Assembly (NCBI RefSeq): GCF_009914755.1
Contig: NC_060936.1
Length of the DNA: 64,000 bases
Reading direction: 5' to 3' (one strand)
Source: the human T2T-CHM13v2.0 reference genome, Homo sapiens
The translations under genes were made by a program, and so were the position numbers. Every line of letters starts with the position of its first letter. The first letter of the stretch is position 1. Below the pieces are notes generated by a model that saw only the letters and a list, made by a program, of their open reading frames with translations, had not been told where the DNA came from and made no database searches. Below, in pieces: positions 32,505-46,828 of this stretch.

Positions 32505-32664
32505 TGCAGATAAAGGATACCAGGGATTAAGATCTGGAGCTATGATATACTGTGTTTGGTTGTTAATTTTGTTGTGCATCTAGATTTTTGGATTTGTTAA
32601 AAGGGGTTAGGCAAATTAATCCAAAAAGACAGTAAAGTCAAACTGACTTAAAAATCAATCTTTA

Positions 32665-32890
32665 AGCGAAAGAGCGTGGGCTTTTGTTACCAGATTGGCT
32701 TGGCCTGACCCTTTGTTCTACCACATACTGGCCCAGTAGTTATGGGTGTTACTTATCTCCTCTGAATCTCAGTTCCCTCATCTATAAAATGGGGATAATA
32801 ACAAATACATTGCAATATTGTTGTGAGAATTAAATAATACAGTAAATATTGAAACACTTAATATAGTGCAAGGTCTATAATAGGAATTAC
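32665..32890 (+). mobile_element. MIR SINE
   Basis: CTCTGAATCTCAGTTCCCTCATCTATAAAATGGGGATAATA..GTTGTGAGAATTAAAT. Confidence 0.88.
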
Positions 32891-33850
32891 ACACACAGAC
32901 ATTTTTTTTTCCTTTATAAACCATTGGTGATTTGACCTTGTGTTTCTTAAGATAATATTAAAAGTGTTTATTAGTATTCATGGTTTTATTATGATCACTG
33001 AACGCTTTCCTGGGACCAGCCTAGATTGTTTATAGTGTCAGCCACTCTTAAGATTTCACAACTCCATAGTGTTTAGTTGAGCTAAGCTAGAACTAAGTCT
33101 GTCAGAACTTTCCAGTATAGCTTTGGTCTAAGATGAGCAACAAGAGAAATTTCTGCCAGATTTACAAGATAGAATGAAGCAACAGCTATGTTTCACTCTT
33201 GGAAATTTGGTAGGGTCACTTGCAGTTGCAGCTCACACACAGTGTGAGAGATCTGCCTGCTCATGTTGTTGGCAGGAGGCAGCAAGCAAGTGGGTCTTAG
33301 AGTTCCTCTGACTCCTGCAAGATTTTTCAGCTTATCCAACTCTTGAGCCAGGTATGTGTTTAACTCTGTGATGAAAGTGTCAGCATCTCCCACAGGTCAT
33401 ATGGAAATAAAATTTTTAAATACAAATCTTCAGGATTCCTTAAACCCTATTGAAAAGAAGATGTCATACTGATACCTACTTTCTAGTCTGTTTTCCAAAA
33501 CAGTTGATTGATATGCTAAAAATAAATTTCTCAAGGAGGGAAAGAGAATTTCAAATGTGATTTGAGAGACAGAGTTCTGCAGTCCATCATCTGATGATTT
33601 GAACATTTACAAAATGTATCTCAATAACTTAGGTTAATATGTATATCCATAAATGTTATATATTGGATGCGATGTTAATAATACCTCGCTGGTTACACAA
33701 CTATCCACACAATCTCTGATGGAAGCACTGGACAAGGGAGCTCTAAAACTATTCAGGATCAACACAAAGCACTCTTGTTATTCCAAATTGTAACACAAAA
33801 TTATTAAGAACTATTAAGATTAGGAAGCATTTTATTCTTGTTCTTGTGGA

Positions 33851-33876
33851 CACACACACACACACACACACACACA
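33851..33876. repeat. (CA)13 microsatellite
   Basis: Counted directly. Confidence 0.95.
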
Positions 33877-33893
33877 AAGTTGATTGGGATTTC

Positions 33894-33930
33894 AGACAGG
33901 GTTTTGCCATATTGCCCAGGCTGGCTTCGA
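33894..33930 (-). mobile_element. Isolated ~37-bp Alu left-arm fragment
   Basis: AGACAGGGTTTTGCCATATTGCCCAGGCTGGCTTCGA matches the antisense Alu/FLAM left arm. No tail or TSD. Confidence 0.7.
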
Positions 33931-35129
33931 TTTTTTTCTTGCTTCACCCAAAATGTCAGTTAGATAAAACTGCTGCTGCAAAACATGACTTTCCCTTAAC
34001 ACGTTGGAGAGGATGGAGAGCAGCTGTCACTTCCTGTAGGTCTCCACAGCTGTGGAGTTAATGCACTTAGCAAAAAATTGCAGTGCCCTTCTAAGCATAG
34101 CACTCAGCATAGCCACTGCCCAGTGGTAAATAGAATTGGCAGAAGCATCTTTTTCTTAATAAACTTCTGGCTCCTCTTTTTCACCTAATTGCAGTGTGTG
34201 TTGGTCCTAATGCTTTCATCATATCTGATTCTAGGTAAGATTCGTTTCAGTATTTTCCTTTGCTGTTATTTTCTTTGTCTGTTACTTCTGCCTCCTGTAT
34301 TTTTAGATCAAAAAGTTTTTGAGTGTAGAGGAAAGCAGAGTTTTCCCCTATGAAATGGAAGTTTTCCTTGTATCTCTTCATTTTGCCTGAAGAATGTTCT
34401 TGTTACCATCAGCAGATTGCATATGGAGTGAAAAGCATAGCAAGATATAGGGAGACATAGTCAAGGTCAGACTTCTCTAAGTAACATTTTCAACTTTAAC
34501 CTTTTACACAGACATTACCCTTTGGATTTGTTTTAATTTTTATTAGTTGGGGCAGCTTGGTTAATTGTTCTGGTATTACAATGAATAATTACAATTTAAA
34601 AAATTAATAAGTTCAGTCAGTTAAACAAGGAAAAATATTGATTTTAAAATACTTCAGGTTTATGACCAGATTTCATGAGTTGTGCCAAGGTAATGACAAG
34701 GCAACTAGCTGAGAAGCAGAAGTTATTATTCATGCAAGTGATATCACGGCATTTGAATACGTTAAAAATATTTTCAGTTAGTCTGTATTTAAAGCCAGAT
34801 AGATCTATTGGAGTCCCTTTCTGTTCACAACTACAATTAAAATAAATATATTATTAACAAATAAAATAAATAAAATAAAATTATCTTTCATACTTTAATT
34901 TGAGGTAATGGTTTTTCTTACTATGTGTTACAGATTCAGTACTTTTTCATTTCTCTATGGGATAGCACTGCCTGATAGCTAATTCACAGTAGCAGAATAT
35001 CATTTCTATTTATAATACATTAGATGTAATATAGGACTTTATATGAAGACATGATATCCCTATAACTAATGTTCCTATTTCATAAGCTTAGCTAACATAT
35101 TCACTCAAACATCATTCATTTCCCTCTCA

Positions 35130-36545
<1,416 letters not shown>

Positions 36546-36734
36546 TATTTTATCAACAAACACATATCGATTATATGCCTGATACTATTTCAATCCTTGG
36601 GGATTCAAATGTTAATAAAATAAGAGCTCTGCTTTCAAGCAGGAAAGATGGACATGTACAAAATTAATTAGAATATGATATGACAACCCCTCTAGTAGAG
36701 TCCTATAAAAAGTTTTGTATACACTGAAATATAT

Positions 36735-36912
36735 ATGGATAATGTAATAGGATACCTAGGATTGGCTTCAAAATGATATGTGGTGGAGGGAATGATTTCT
36801 GTACATGAAAAATATGTTCATAAATGTTGAATCTGGGTAATGGGAATATAGGGATTCATTCTTTCTGTGTTTTAAAATGTTCAACATTTTCCATAATAAA
36901 AAGTGAAAAAAA
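36735..36912 (+). mobile_element. Old L1M (L1ME-like) 3' end fragment
   Basis: GGATTGGCTTCAAAAT..GTTGAATCTGGGTAATGGGAATATAGGGATTCATT..TTTTCCATAATAAAAAG. Confidence 0.7.
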
Positions 36913-38239
36913 ATCTATGGCAATATAATGGATGAAACAGTAACTGTTCCTATGCTGAGGAGGAGTCTTTGCAGAGGAAACAGTATTTAGACTGATTCCT
37001 CATGGAAATCAAAGCAAGAACTCATTAAAATGGAGAGCAAAAGAAGGGCAGCCCCACCCTTATGTCACATCTGCCCTGCAAAGAAACAGAACAATGCCTG
37101 GGCTACAAATTAGATGTGGCTCAGTCCAGTTGGGTGATAGAAGGTGAGTTAGAGGGGTAGTCTGGGGAAAGCGAAGGATCTTGTTTGCAATGTGGAGGCA
37201 TATGGAATTATTCTCTAGGGAGACAAAAGCCATCTGAGATTTTAAGTCTTCAAAATTTAGGATGGTAATTAATAGCATGCAGATTGAGGAGCTTTGGGTA
37301 GACAGGAGACATGTTCCAACTGTAGGGAGATTTCTCAGAAAAATAAAAATGTCTTTTTGATAATTTGCTTTGATGTCATTTGATTACATCATTTCAATAT
37401 TTAATATGAGCTCTGTCTGCATAGATTTTTTAAAACTTTTGTTTTATCAGCAATGAATATGATTTTGATTAGTCCAATATATTCATCGAGGTTTTAAAAC
37501 AATTGTACAGTTAATTGACAGGGTATTTCAACTGTACAGTTAATTGTACAGTTGATGGACAGTGTATTTCACTCTATATTGAAAAGCTGTCATTACAAGA
37601 TAGTTAAATTTTTGGCAACAGATTATGCTGTGTGGATAGGTATGGATGGATATTAATCTAAAAATATTCTTCTTGTTATTGGGTTCTTTCATGTGCAGAG
37701 GAAGTTTTCATCCAAAACGTTTGCAGTTTGTTGCCCTGTGACATTTTGTGACACTATTACTACATCTAATTTTTTTCAGCTAACTTGTAGTGGTTTGTTG
37801 GAGCTATAGATGAGGTAACAAGTTCCTGGCATTTTGGTGAGATCAACTGCAGGGGCTTGACATCACAACCAATTTTCCTACAGCAACTGTTTCTGCTCTC
37901 ATGTTCTTTATCTTATGAACCTTCCCATTCAGTGGGAGTTGTAAAACAGCAAATATGAGTTCAACTCTGTTATTCTTAATGCCTTTGGACCACTAATGAG
38001 TCCTGTTATGCCACCGGACATGAAATACAGTGAAGAAAATGACCTCTGCATTGCTTTGGAAGCTAGAAGCATTGCTCCATACAGACATTCTATACAGTTA
38101 ATTTTTTTTCTATTTACTCTGAAAGGTACAGAGATCATTCTGTATTGAGTCTTCGGCTAGGATATTTTGCCTCACTTTGTTTTCAGGCCTTCAGGAATTT
38201 CTATGTCATTCATCCATCCCTTTCTTCCTTTTTTTTTCT

Positions 38240-38470
38240 TTCAAATTCAACAAATATATTGAGATCCAATATATCCAGTCTTCTCTGCTAGGCACTATGA
38301 GGACTATAATGCTGATGGAATCCCAGGGTCAAATAATTTAAAATTTAGTAAAGGAATTAATACCAAAATAATCATGGTCCAAGGTACAACATAAGTAAAA
38401 ATGTTTAGAGAGTATGGAGGAACGATGTATCACAGCTGGTTGAGAAGAGAACTCTGGAAGTAAGATGCTT
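38240..38470 (-). mobile_element. L2 3' end remnant
   Basis: ATTCAACAAATATATTGAG..CTAGGCACT. Confidence 0.6.
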
Positions 38471-38499
38471 ATTATATTGCCTACTACATTATCTCCTAA

Positions 38500-38660
38500 T
38501 TAAGGTATGCAGACTGGCAGAACTAGCATTACCTGAGGAGTGTTAGATAGGCAGATTTTCAGGCCCCAGTAAAACTCACTGAATCACAATCTTTGAAAGT
38601 GTGGCTTCAGAATCTGTTTTAACAAGCTGATATTTACACATGCTGGTACACTCCACTGAC
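38500..38660. mobile_element. MER5A-like hAT MITE
   Basis: AGCATTACCTGAGGAGTGTTAGA..GCAGATTTTCAGGCCCC..ACTGAATCA..GAATCTGTTTTAACAAGC. Confidence 0.75.
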
Positions 38661-41609
38661 CATTGAAATTACCCAATATAAGTTGATTGATTGTTGATTT
38701 AACTTGGGGGGTTCCTTTAAAATGTTTTGTGTGATGAACAAATATTCTTCCTCTGTGGTAGGGTTCATCGCCCTTTTGACTCCAATTCCTGGGTTTGGCT
38801 TTACTTGTGACCAGCTTGGAGAAATACAATAAATCTCTAACATAGTAATTGTTATATGTTTCTTGGCATAGTAGGCTTGGATAGAAGATAGAATGTACCT
38901 TGATGTAACAATTTTTTTAAAGTGCCCATTTATCTCCCATCCTTTTAATAAATACTTATATTTCCAAAATATTTAAAGACTTTAAAAAAGAAAAATAGCA
39001 TTTGTGCTTAGGGTAGCCAGTTTCGAACATGGGTATTTGGAAATTGATTTTAAAAGATCTATGCTCAAACTAAGATTTTAGAAGATCCTGATTTAAGTTA
39101 ATATACTTGGGACATGCATACAATTATCAGGCATTTCAGCTACAGAAAGCAATGGCATTAATCCATGTGCTGAAGGCTCACAGACGTGAAAGTTATTGGA
39201 CTGTTGTTTTAGGCAGTCATGGCGAAACGGGAAATGACTTGCACAGAGCAGGCTGCAATGAACTGAAATGATGCTAGTTGTTGCAGGTTCACTTCACCAC
39301 TTTGTTCTGATATTTAAACCGATGTTGCCCAGAGGGTTAGCAACTATATTTAGAAAATTATTATTTGCCTATTTGTTTTGATTCAGCAAATAATAGTGTG
39401 TGAAAATTATGGATATGCCTCAGCTGGCATGTTGCTGAGTACTTTTAGAGTCATACAGAACAATACCCAAAGTGTTAGATGAAGCTTACAAACCTAAATC
39501 TTATGGGTTATCAAGGCTTTCTATAATGGAATCCAAAATTTTTTGGCTAAGAAACATTTCATCACCATGCACACATGCACCATAGGTTTTACGAATTACA
39601 CATGATATGCTGAAAACAGAGACTTACTGCAAATGACAAGAAAAATAACATTTTAATTGCTTGAAAGGAAAATGTTTACTTAGAATTCAATGACTAAATC
39701 CAGTAAGTTAGTGTGTAATGGACAGCAGTAATAGCCAAGATTTTACCCTCCTACTCAGGAAAGCCAGTGTGAAATTGTGAGTTTCGAATGGCGGTAATTA
39801 ATCATTATGGTAGACTGTCAGAAAAAGAACTCAGGTCATTTATGTTAATGATTGCAGTGTGCAGTTTTTGACATATATTGTGAGCTCTAACATATTTCAT
39901 ATATAGCAATTAACCAAAAATGCAAACATCTGGAAAGCATTCTACCAGCAGTCTTAGAAGTGAAATAAATTTTAAAATAAATATTAAAAGATATCTTATT
40001 ATAAATAATTGCATTGTAATGTAGCATTTTAAAAATAAACTAAAATACAGATTATTTGCTTGGCGTAATGTAATTATCCCCAGAGTAATTTATATAATGT
40101 CATTAGTAATTACAACCTGATTACAAAGTAATATTTGTTTGGTAATAACCAGAAAGCATTTAGATTTCATGGTTATTATATGAACCATATATGCATAGTA
40201 CTTAGATAGTTTTAGTGGACATTTATGATTTCCCAGTATTTATCTTAAATTACTCTGAAGTAAAAGCTTCTTGGTTATTACTAAACAAAAATGACCATGT
40301 TATACATGCATATTCACATGTGCACATGTGTGTATACACACACATATACACACACAGAGATAGAGAATCAGTTTCAAAAAGATAATTATAAGACTCAATG
40401 TCTAAACATGCAGGTAGGTATGAAAAAAGTAATGGGTTTGCCATTAGTTTTAATGGCAAAAATCGCAAGTACTTCTGCACTGACCCAATACCACAAAAAG
40501 TACATTGTTAGTATGAACTATTTTGCATGAAGATGTATCTTGTCACTAATTAAGACAAATTCCTGTATTGAAGGTGACTTGTACAGATTGTATACAGCAT
40601 GTCAAAAGAAGTTATTTTGGAGAAAATAAATTAGTATATGGGAACTTGCACACCATTTGGATGCCAGACAATATGGGAATGTACTGCTGTAAAGCCTGTG
40701 GTCTAGATTTGTTGCTGAATTGTGAGGATTTGGGGAAGAAGGTACCTGAATGAATGGCTTTGAGGCTGGACAGAAGTTAGTAGTAGGGTGACAGGAACAT
40801 AATTGTGATGCCCGGAATACACCATTCCCTTGCTATTGCAGTTTATTTTCAACCTCAATTATTTAAGAAGCATAACGATGGATTTATCATCATCCAAGAG
40901 TGCTTTGCTGATGACTTACTGGGGCCTGAAGTATTATGCAGCCTTCCTTTGATTTGAAGACTTTACACTTTGACATTTTCTGTTGACTTACTCTGCACTA
41001 AATTTCAACTGTAGAAGCTAGTAGGAAGGTAAAGAAGCAGAGTGCATTCGCATTCATAGGTATAGAGTTTGGATTTGGCAACTGAAGCCTTTCCTTCATT
41101 TATAGTGAGGGGTTATGTGTGTATGTTTAAATTTCCCCATGAAGTTTTATGGGAAATCAATCTAATTTACGCACACTTTTCTCCAGGAAGCATAGTCGTG
41201 AGATAGAAATCTCAATTAAGGGGACAATTCTTTTAGACTGATCCTTTGTAGATTTGTCTAGATGGTACAGACAACTATGGAGAAAATGGGTATGGTAACT
41301 TGCATACTTGTTTGCTCTTGACTTAGGTGTTCAGACATATCATTGTAAATGCATTACAAAAGTGTCTTCTGACCACTCCAGACTCTCAAAGTATTATTTT
41401 TTTGTAACTAGTCTGTACTTCTGGTTCATTCCATGATTTAGCAAAAGCGAACAACTAATTTTCAGAAAAAGTTCTGTGTTACAAGAAAAACAGTTGTTAT
41501 GAGTACAGTCTTGTTGATTTGCTCACCTCCAAAAACATTTTCAAGAAAGGTAAGAGTACTAACAAGAAATGCCTTGATTATTCCACCACCATCTTGCTTT
41601 CTTTTAATA

Positions 41610-42895
41610 TGAGGGAACTTCAAATAGTTTGTAGAAAAATGAAATTAAAAGACAAAAATGAAAAATATAAACTATATTTCTCAAAATAACCTCCATCAAG
41701 TTCAAGATACTTTTGTAAGCAATGATGCCAGCCTTTTAGTCCATCCCTAAATAACTAAAAGTTCTGGGAATTTAACCATGCCAATGCTATCTTTTTTACA
41801 TTATTAACTGGAGAAAAATGGGTGTGCTTGACAGGTTTGTCAAGCTTGGCAAATGAAAAGAAGTTTGGAGGAGCCAAATTAGAACTGGAAGGTAGATGCC
41901 TAATGATTTCCTGTTGAAACTTTCACAAAGTTGCACTTACGTGTTGAGAGGAATGAGCAGGAGCATTGACACGGTGGAGAAAGACTAGTAAATCTTTCCT
42001 GGGTGTTTTTCTGCTAAAGTTGTGGCTTTCTCAAAATATCTTCATAATAAGCAGATGTTATTGTTTGTCAACCCTCCAGAAATTCAACAGGCAAAGTGCC
42101 TTGAGTATCACAAAGAACTGCTGCTTGAGTATCACAAAGAACTGCTTTCACTCTTGACTGGTCCACTTTTACTTTGACTGGACCACAGCCAACTTTTGGT
42201 AGTCATTGCTTTGATTGTACTTTGTTTTCAGGATTGTACTGGTAAAGACATGTTTTACCTCCTGTTAGAATTCTTTGAAAAACTGCTTCAAGATCTCGAT
42301 CCCATTTGTTTAAAATTTCCATTAAAAGCTCTGTTTTTTTCTGCAGCTGATCTGGGTACAATAGTTTTGGTACCCATCAAGTGGAAAGTTTGCTCAACTT
42401 CAATTTTTCAGTCAGATGATGTAAGCTGAACCAATTGAGATGTTTGTGGTGTTGGCTATTGTTTCAGCTTTTAATCATCAGTCCTCTTCAATTAGGGCAT
42501 GAAAAAGATGAATTATTTTCCTCAAAAATTGATATGGTAATCTGCTGCCATGGGCTTCATCTTCAACATATTCTCATCTCTTCTTAAAATTTGTAAACTG
42601 CTTGTTTCTTTGGGGGCATTTTCCCTATAAACTTTTTGTAAAGTATCAATGATTTCACCATTCTTCCTCCCAAGCTTCATTATAAATTTGGTATTTGTTC
42701 TTACTTCAATTTTAGCAGAGTTAATATTGCTCTGATAGGGTCTCTTTTCAAACTGTCTTATCCTTAGTTCTTCAAACTAGACTCTGTTCAGACATGTTAT
42801 AAAAAGTTAGTTTATTTTGATGCAAATAAATTTGAAATTCATGCATAATTTTTAAAATAATACACCTTTTCCATGAACTGTTTGAAGACCCTTTG
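41610..42895 (-). mobile_element. Near full-length HSMAR2 mariner transposon with a decayed transposase
   Basis: TIRs TGAGGGAACTTCAAATAGTTTGTAGAAAA / TTTTCCATGAACTGTTTGAAGACCCTTTG, TA TSD at 41608-41609 and 42896-42897, 1286 bp. The minus strand encodes the Hsmar2-like N-terminus NSAKIEVRTNTKFIMKLGRKNGEIIDTLQKVYRENAPK, with the start ATG mutated. Confidence 0.93.
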
Positions 42896-43050
42896 TATAT
42901 GATCTATGATAAATCATCCAACATCTCATTCCCCTCTTACCTGAGTCATTCACACTAGCCTTGTGTGGTCAGATTACAATATAGTCAACAAGTCATTAAA
43001 CAAAAATTTACACAACAAACCAATTTATAAAAACGTTATATTTAAAATAA

Positions 43051-43360
43051 GGCGAGGCATGGTGGCTCACGCCTGTAATCCCAACACTTTAGGAGGCTGA
43101 CGCAGGCAGACAGCTAGAGCCAGGGGGTTCAAGACCAGCCTAAGCAACACACTGAAACCCTGTCTCTACAAAAAATACAAAAATTAGGTGGGCATGGTAG
43201 TATGTGCCTGTAGTCCCAGCTACTCAGGATATTGAGGTGGGAGGATTGATTGAGCCCAGGAGATAGAGGATGCAGTAAGCCATCATCAAGCCACTGCACT
43301 CCAGATCGGGTGAAAAAGCAAGACCCTGTTTTAAATAAATAAATAAATAAATAATAAAAT
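43051..43360 (+). mobile_element. AluJ-type SINE with (TAAA)n tail
   Basis: Dimeric Alu; possible TSD TAAAATAAG at 43043-43051 and 43365-43373. Confidence 0.92.
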
Positions 43361-43374
43361 GAAGTAAAATAAGC

Positions 43375-44195
<821 letters not shown>

Positions 44196-44320
44196 AAAAT
44201 ATGAATATTGAGTGTGTAAGAACAAATGAATATGTAGTGAGATGAACATGTGGGAAAGAGCAACACTTGGAATTGTGTGGCATTAATGTCGGTATTGAAT
44301 TGAGATAAAACTGTAGAAAT

Positions 44321-45372
44321 CCCATTCTATTGATTATCATTTTACTTTGTTGATTGTTTCCCTTGCTGTGCAGGAGCTTTTTAACTTGATGTCATCCCAG
44401 TTGTCTATTTTTGCTTTGGTTGCCTGTGCTTTTGAAGTCTTACACAAAAAAATCTTTGCCTAGCTTAATATCCTGAAATGTTTCTCCCAATGTTTTCTTC
44501 TAGTAGTTTCATAGTTTCAGGATTAGAATTAATCTTTAACCCATTTTGATTTGATTTTTATGAATGGTAAGAGACAGGGTTCTAGTTTCATTCTTCTGCA
44601 TACAGTTATCCAGTTTTATCAGTGCCATCTCTTGAAAAGACTCAAAACCAAATACAGAATCATCTCACTCCAGTTAAAATGGCTTCTATCAAAAAAACAG
44701 ACAATAACAGAGCCTGGTGAGGATGTGGAGAAAGGGGAACCCCCATTACTGTTACTGGGAATGTAAATTAGTAAAGCCAATATGAAGAACAGGATGGAGG
44801 TTCCTCAAAAAACTAAAACTAAAACTTCCATATGATCCAGCAATTTCACTACTGGGCATATGGCCAAAAAGATGAAATTCAATATATCAAAGATATACCT
44901 GCACTCCCATATTTATCACAGCACTATTCACAATAGCTAAAATATGGAACTGTGTGTCCATCAAAAGATAAATGGATAAAGAAAATGTGATACATATACA
45001 CAATGAGATATTATTCAGCCACAAAAAGAATGAAATTGTGTCATGTGCAGCAACATAGATGAAACTGGAGTCCATTTGCTAAGTGAAATAAGCCAAGCAG
45101 AGAAAGACAACTATTGCATATTCTCACTCATATGGAGAAGTTAATAAAAGTGGACCTCATGAAGATAGAGAATAGATTCCTGGCCACTAGAGGCCAGGAA
45201 GGGAAGAGGGAGAGGAGAGATAAAAGGAAATATATATATATATGTGTGTGCGTGTGTGTGTGTGTGTGTGTTTGCGTGTGTGTGTTTATTACCTTTGAAC
45301 TACACACTTAAAAATAGTAAAGGTGGTAAATTAAATATGTGTATTTTACCTCAGTAAATATATATATAAAGT
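44321..45372 (+). mobile_element. L1MA-class element with an inverted 5' segment
   Basis: Antisense ORF2 at 44321-44642 (TTGCTGTGCAGGAGCTTTTTAACTTGAT..). Sense part from 44642 (TCAAAACC..CATCTCACTCCAGTTAAAATGGC) through an L1MA-type 3'UTR. No convincing TSD. Confidence 0.85.
45230..45285. repeat. Compound (TA)n(TG)n microsatellite in the L1MA 3'UTR
   Basis: Seen directly. Confidence 0.9.
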
Positions 45373-45479
45373 AAAACTATTTCAAAGGAAAAAGGAAAAA
45401 AAAGTATACATCAGCATTTTCTTTTATACTGTCAGAGAGATCAGAAGCAGCCACAGTTTGTTATTTAGCATAGTGAAGA

Positions 45480-45660
45480 TATTACACTAAACACTTTATA
45501 TGCATGATATTATTTAATCTTCCCCAAATACCCAATAGGTAGGCTTTAAAAAACAAAGCTTCAGGAGACGAAGTAAGATACTCAAAGTCACATGGCTAAT
45601 AGGTGGCAGGGCTAGGATTTGAATGAGACTGACTCAAAACTATAATGCTTAACAGTTACA
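45480..45660 (-). mobile_element. MIR SINE
   Basis: TTATTTAATCTTC..CAAAGTCACATGGCTAATAGGTGGCAGGGCTAGGATTTGAA. Confidence 0.8.
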
Positions 45661-45799
45661 CCCAAATGAAATCTTTCTGAATAATAGTTTCTTATATAAT
45701 TATGCGAATGTTGATATTTAGTGTTGTTTGAATAAGATATATGTAAAAGCCTGTTGCAAATTAGAAAGTAGACCACTATACCCATGCTCATTTATGTAA

Positions 45800-46730
45800 T
45801 AAATATTTTACCATTTCCTATGTGCCAGAAATTATGCTGAGTATGGGAGACAAGACAGATCCTCTGCAGTCCCAAGTCTGAAGATGCAGGCAGTAAAACA
45901 AAGAAATTAAAATGCTGTGCAATGAGTGAGTCACAGTGCTGTAAGACCACATTGCCTAGGCAGCCATGCCCTTGGAAGTGCTGATGTCTAAGTGAGAACT
46001 GATAGATTAGTAAGAGGTTGCTCTGGCCAGGCACAGTAGCTCATGCCTGTAATTCCAACATTTTGGGAAGCAGGAGGATCACTTAAGGCCAAGAGTTCTA
46101 GACTAGCCTAGGCAACACAGGGAGACCCAGTATCTACAAAAAATAAAAAATAAAAAAAATTAGCCAGGCATGCTGGTGCAGCTACCTGGGAGGCTGAAGT
46201 GGGAGGATTGCTTGAGCCAAGGACATTGAGGCTGAGCTGTAGTCACACAACTGCCCTCCAGCATAAAGAAAAGAAAAGAAAGAGAAAAAGAAAAGAAAAC
46301 GAAAGAGTTGGCTCCCTGGGTGTGGAAAGGGGACTAATTGATGCAGGAGTGATTTATGGGGAAATCTAGGGGACAGAGTTTAGTGAGACAGGTGTAGTGG
46401 GGCCAGAGTATAGAGTGCACAGTGGGGAAGTGGTGAGGGAGAAGGCGCAAGCGATCAACAGGGCAGCCAGATCATGCAGGTCCTTTAGGTAAGACAGGTA
46501 TGTTTGTCACACAAACCAGAATATGTAAAGATTAATATAGAGTTCGATAATTAAGCCAAGACAACAGATCTAAACTGGGGCTGTTCATGGCCTGCTGGTG
46601 AATCCATAAACCTTAACAGAAAGTTTTGTTTTTTTTGTTTTTTTTGTTTTGTTTTGTTTTGTTTTTGGTAAGGGTAGTAGGAATAATTGGAGAGTTTTAA
46701 GTAGGGAAGTAAAATTATTAGATTACATTC
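45800..46730 (-). mobile_element. L2 remnant(s), interrupted by an AluJ
   Basis: CCTATGTGCCAG..AAGACAGATCCTCTGC..GGAGAGTTTTAAGTAGGGAAGT. Confidence 0.6.
46025..46302 (+). mobile_element. Degenerate AluJ with (GAAAA)n tail
   Basis: GGCCAGGCACAGTAGCTCATGCC.. with several internal deletions; degenerate TSD AAGAG(G)TTG(G)CTC. Confidence 0.88.
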
Positions 46731-46828
46731 TACCTTCTGTCATGTCTACCAACATGCCTTGAGGAGGATGTTGAGGGAACCTGTTTTTATTACATTTTAA
46801 CTTCCTGAAGTGTATGTACAAAGGCTTT

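Noticed and set aside
33193-33393. Minus ORF with a helical-looking GDADTFITELNTYLAQELDKL segment
   Set aside because: GTG start, no recognisable homologue and no convincing minus-strand splice sites.
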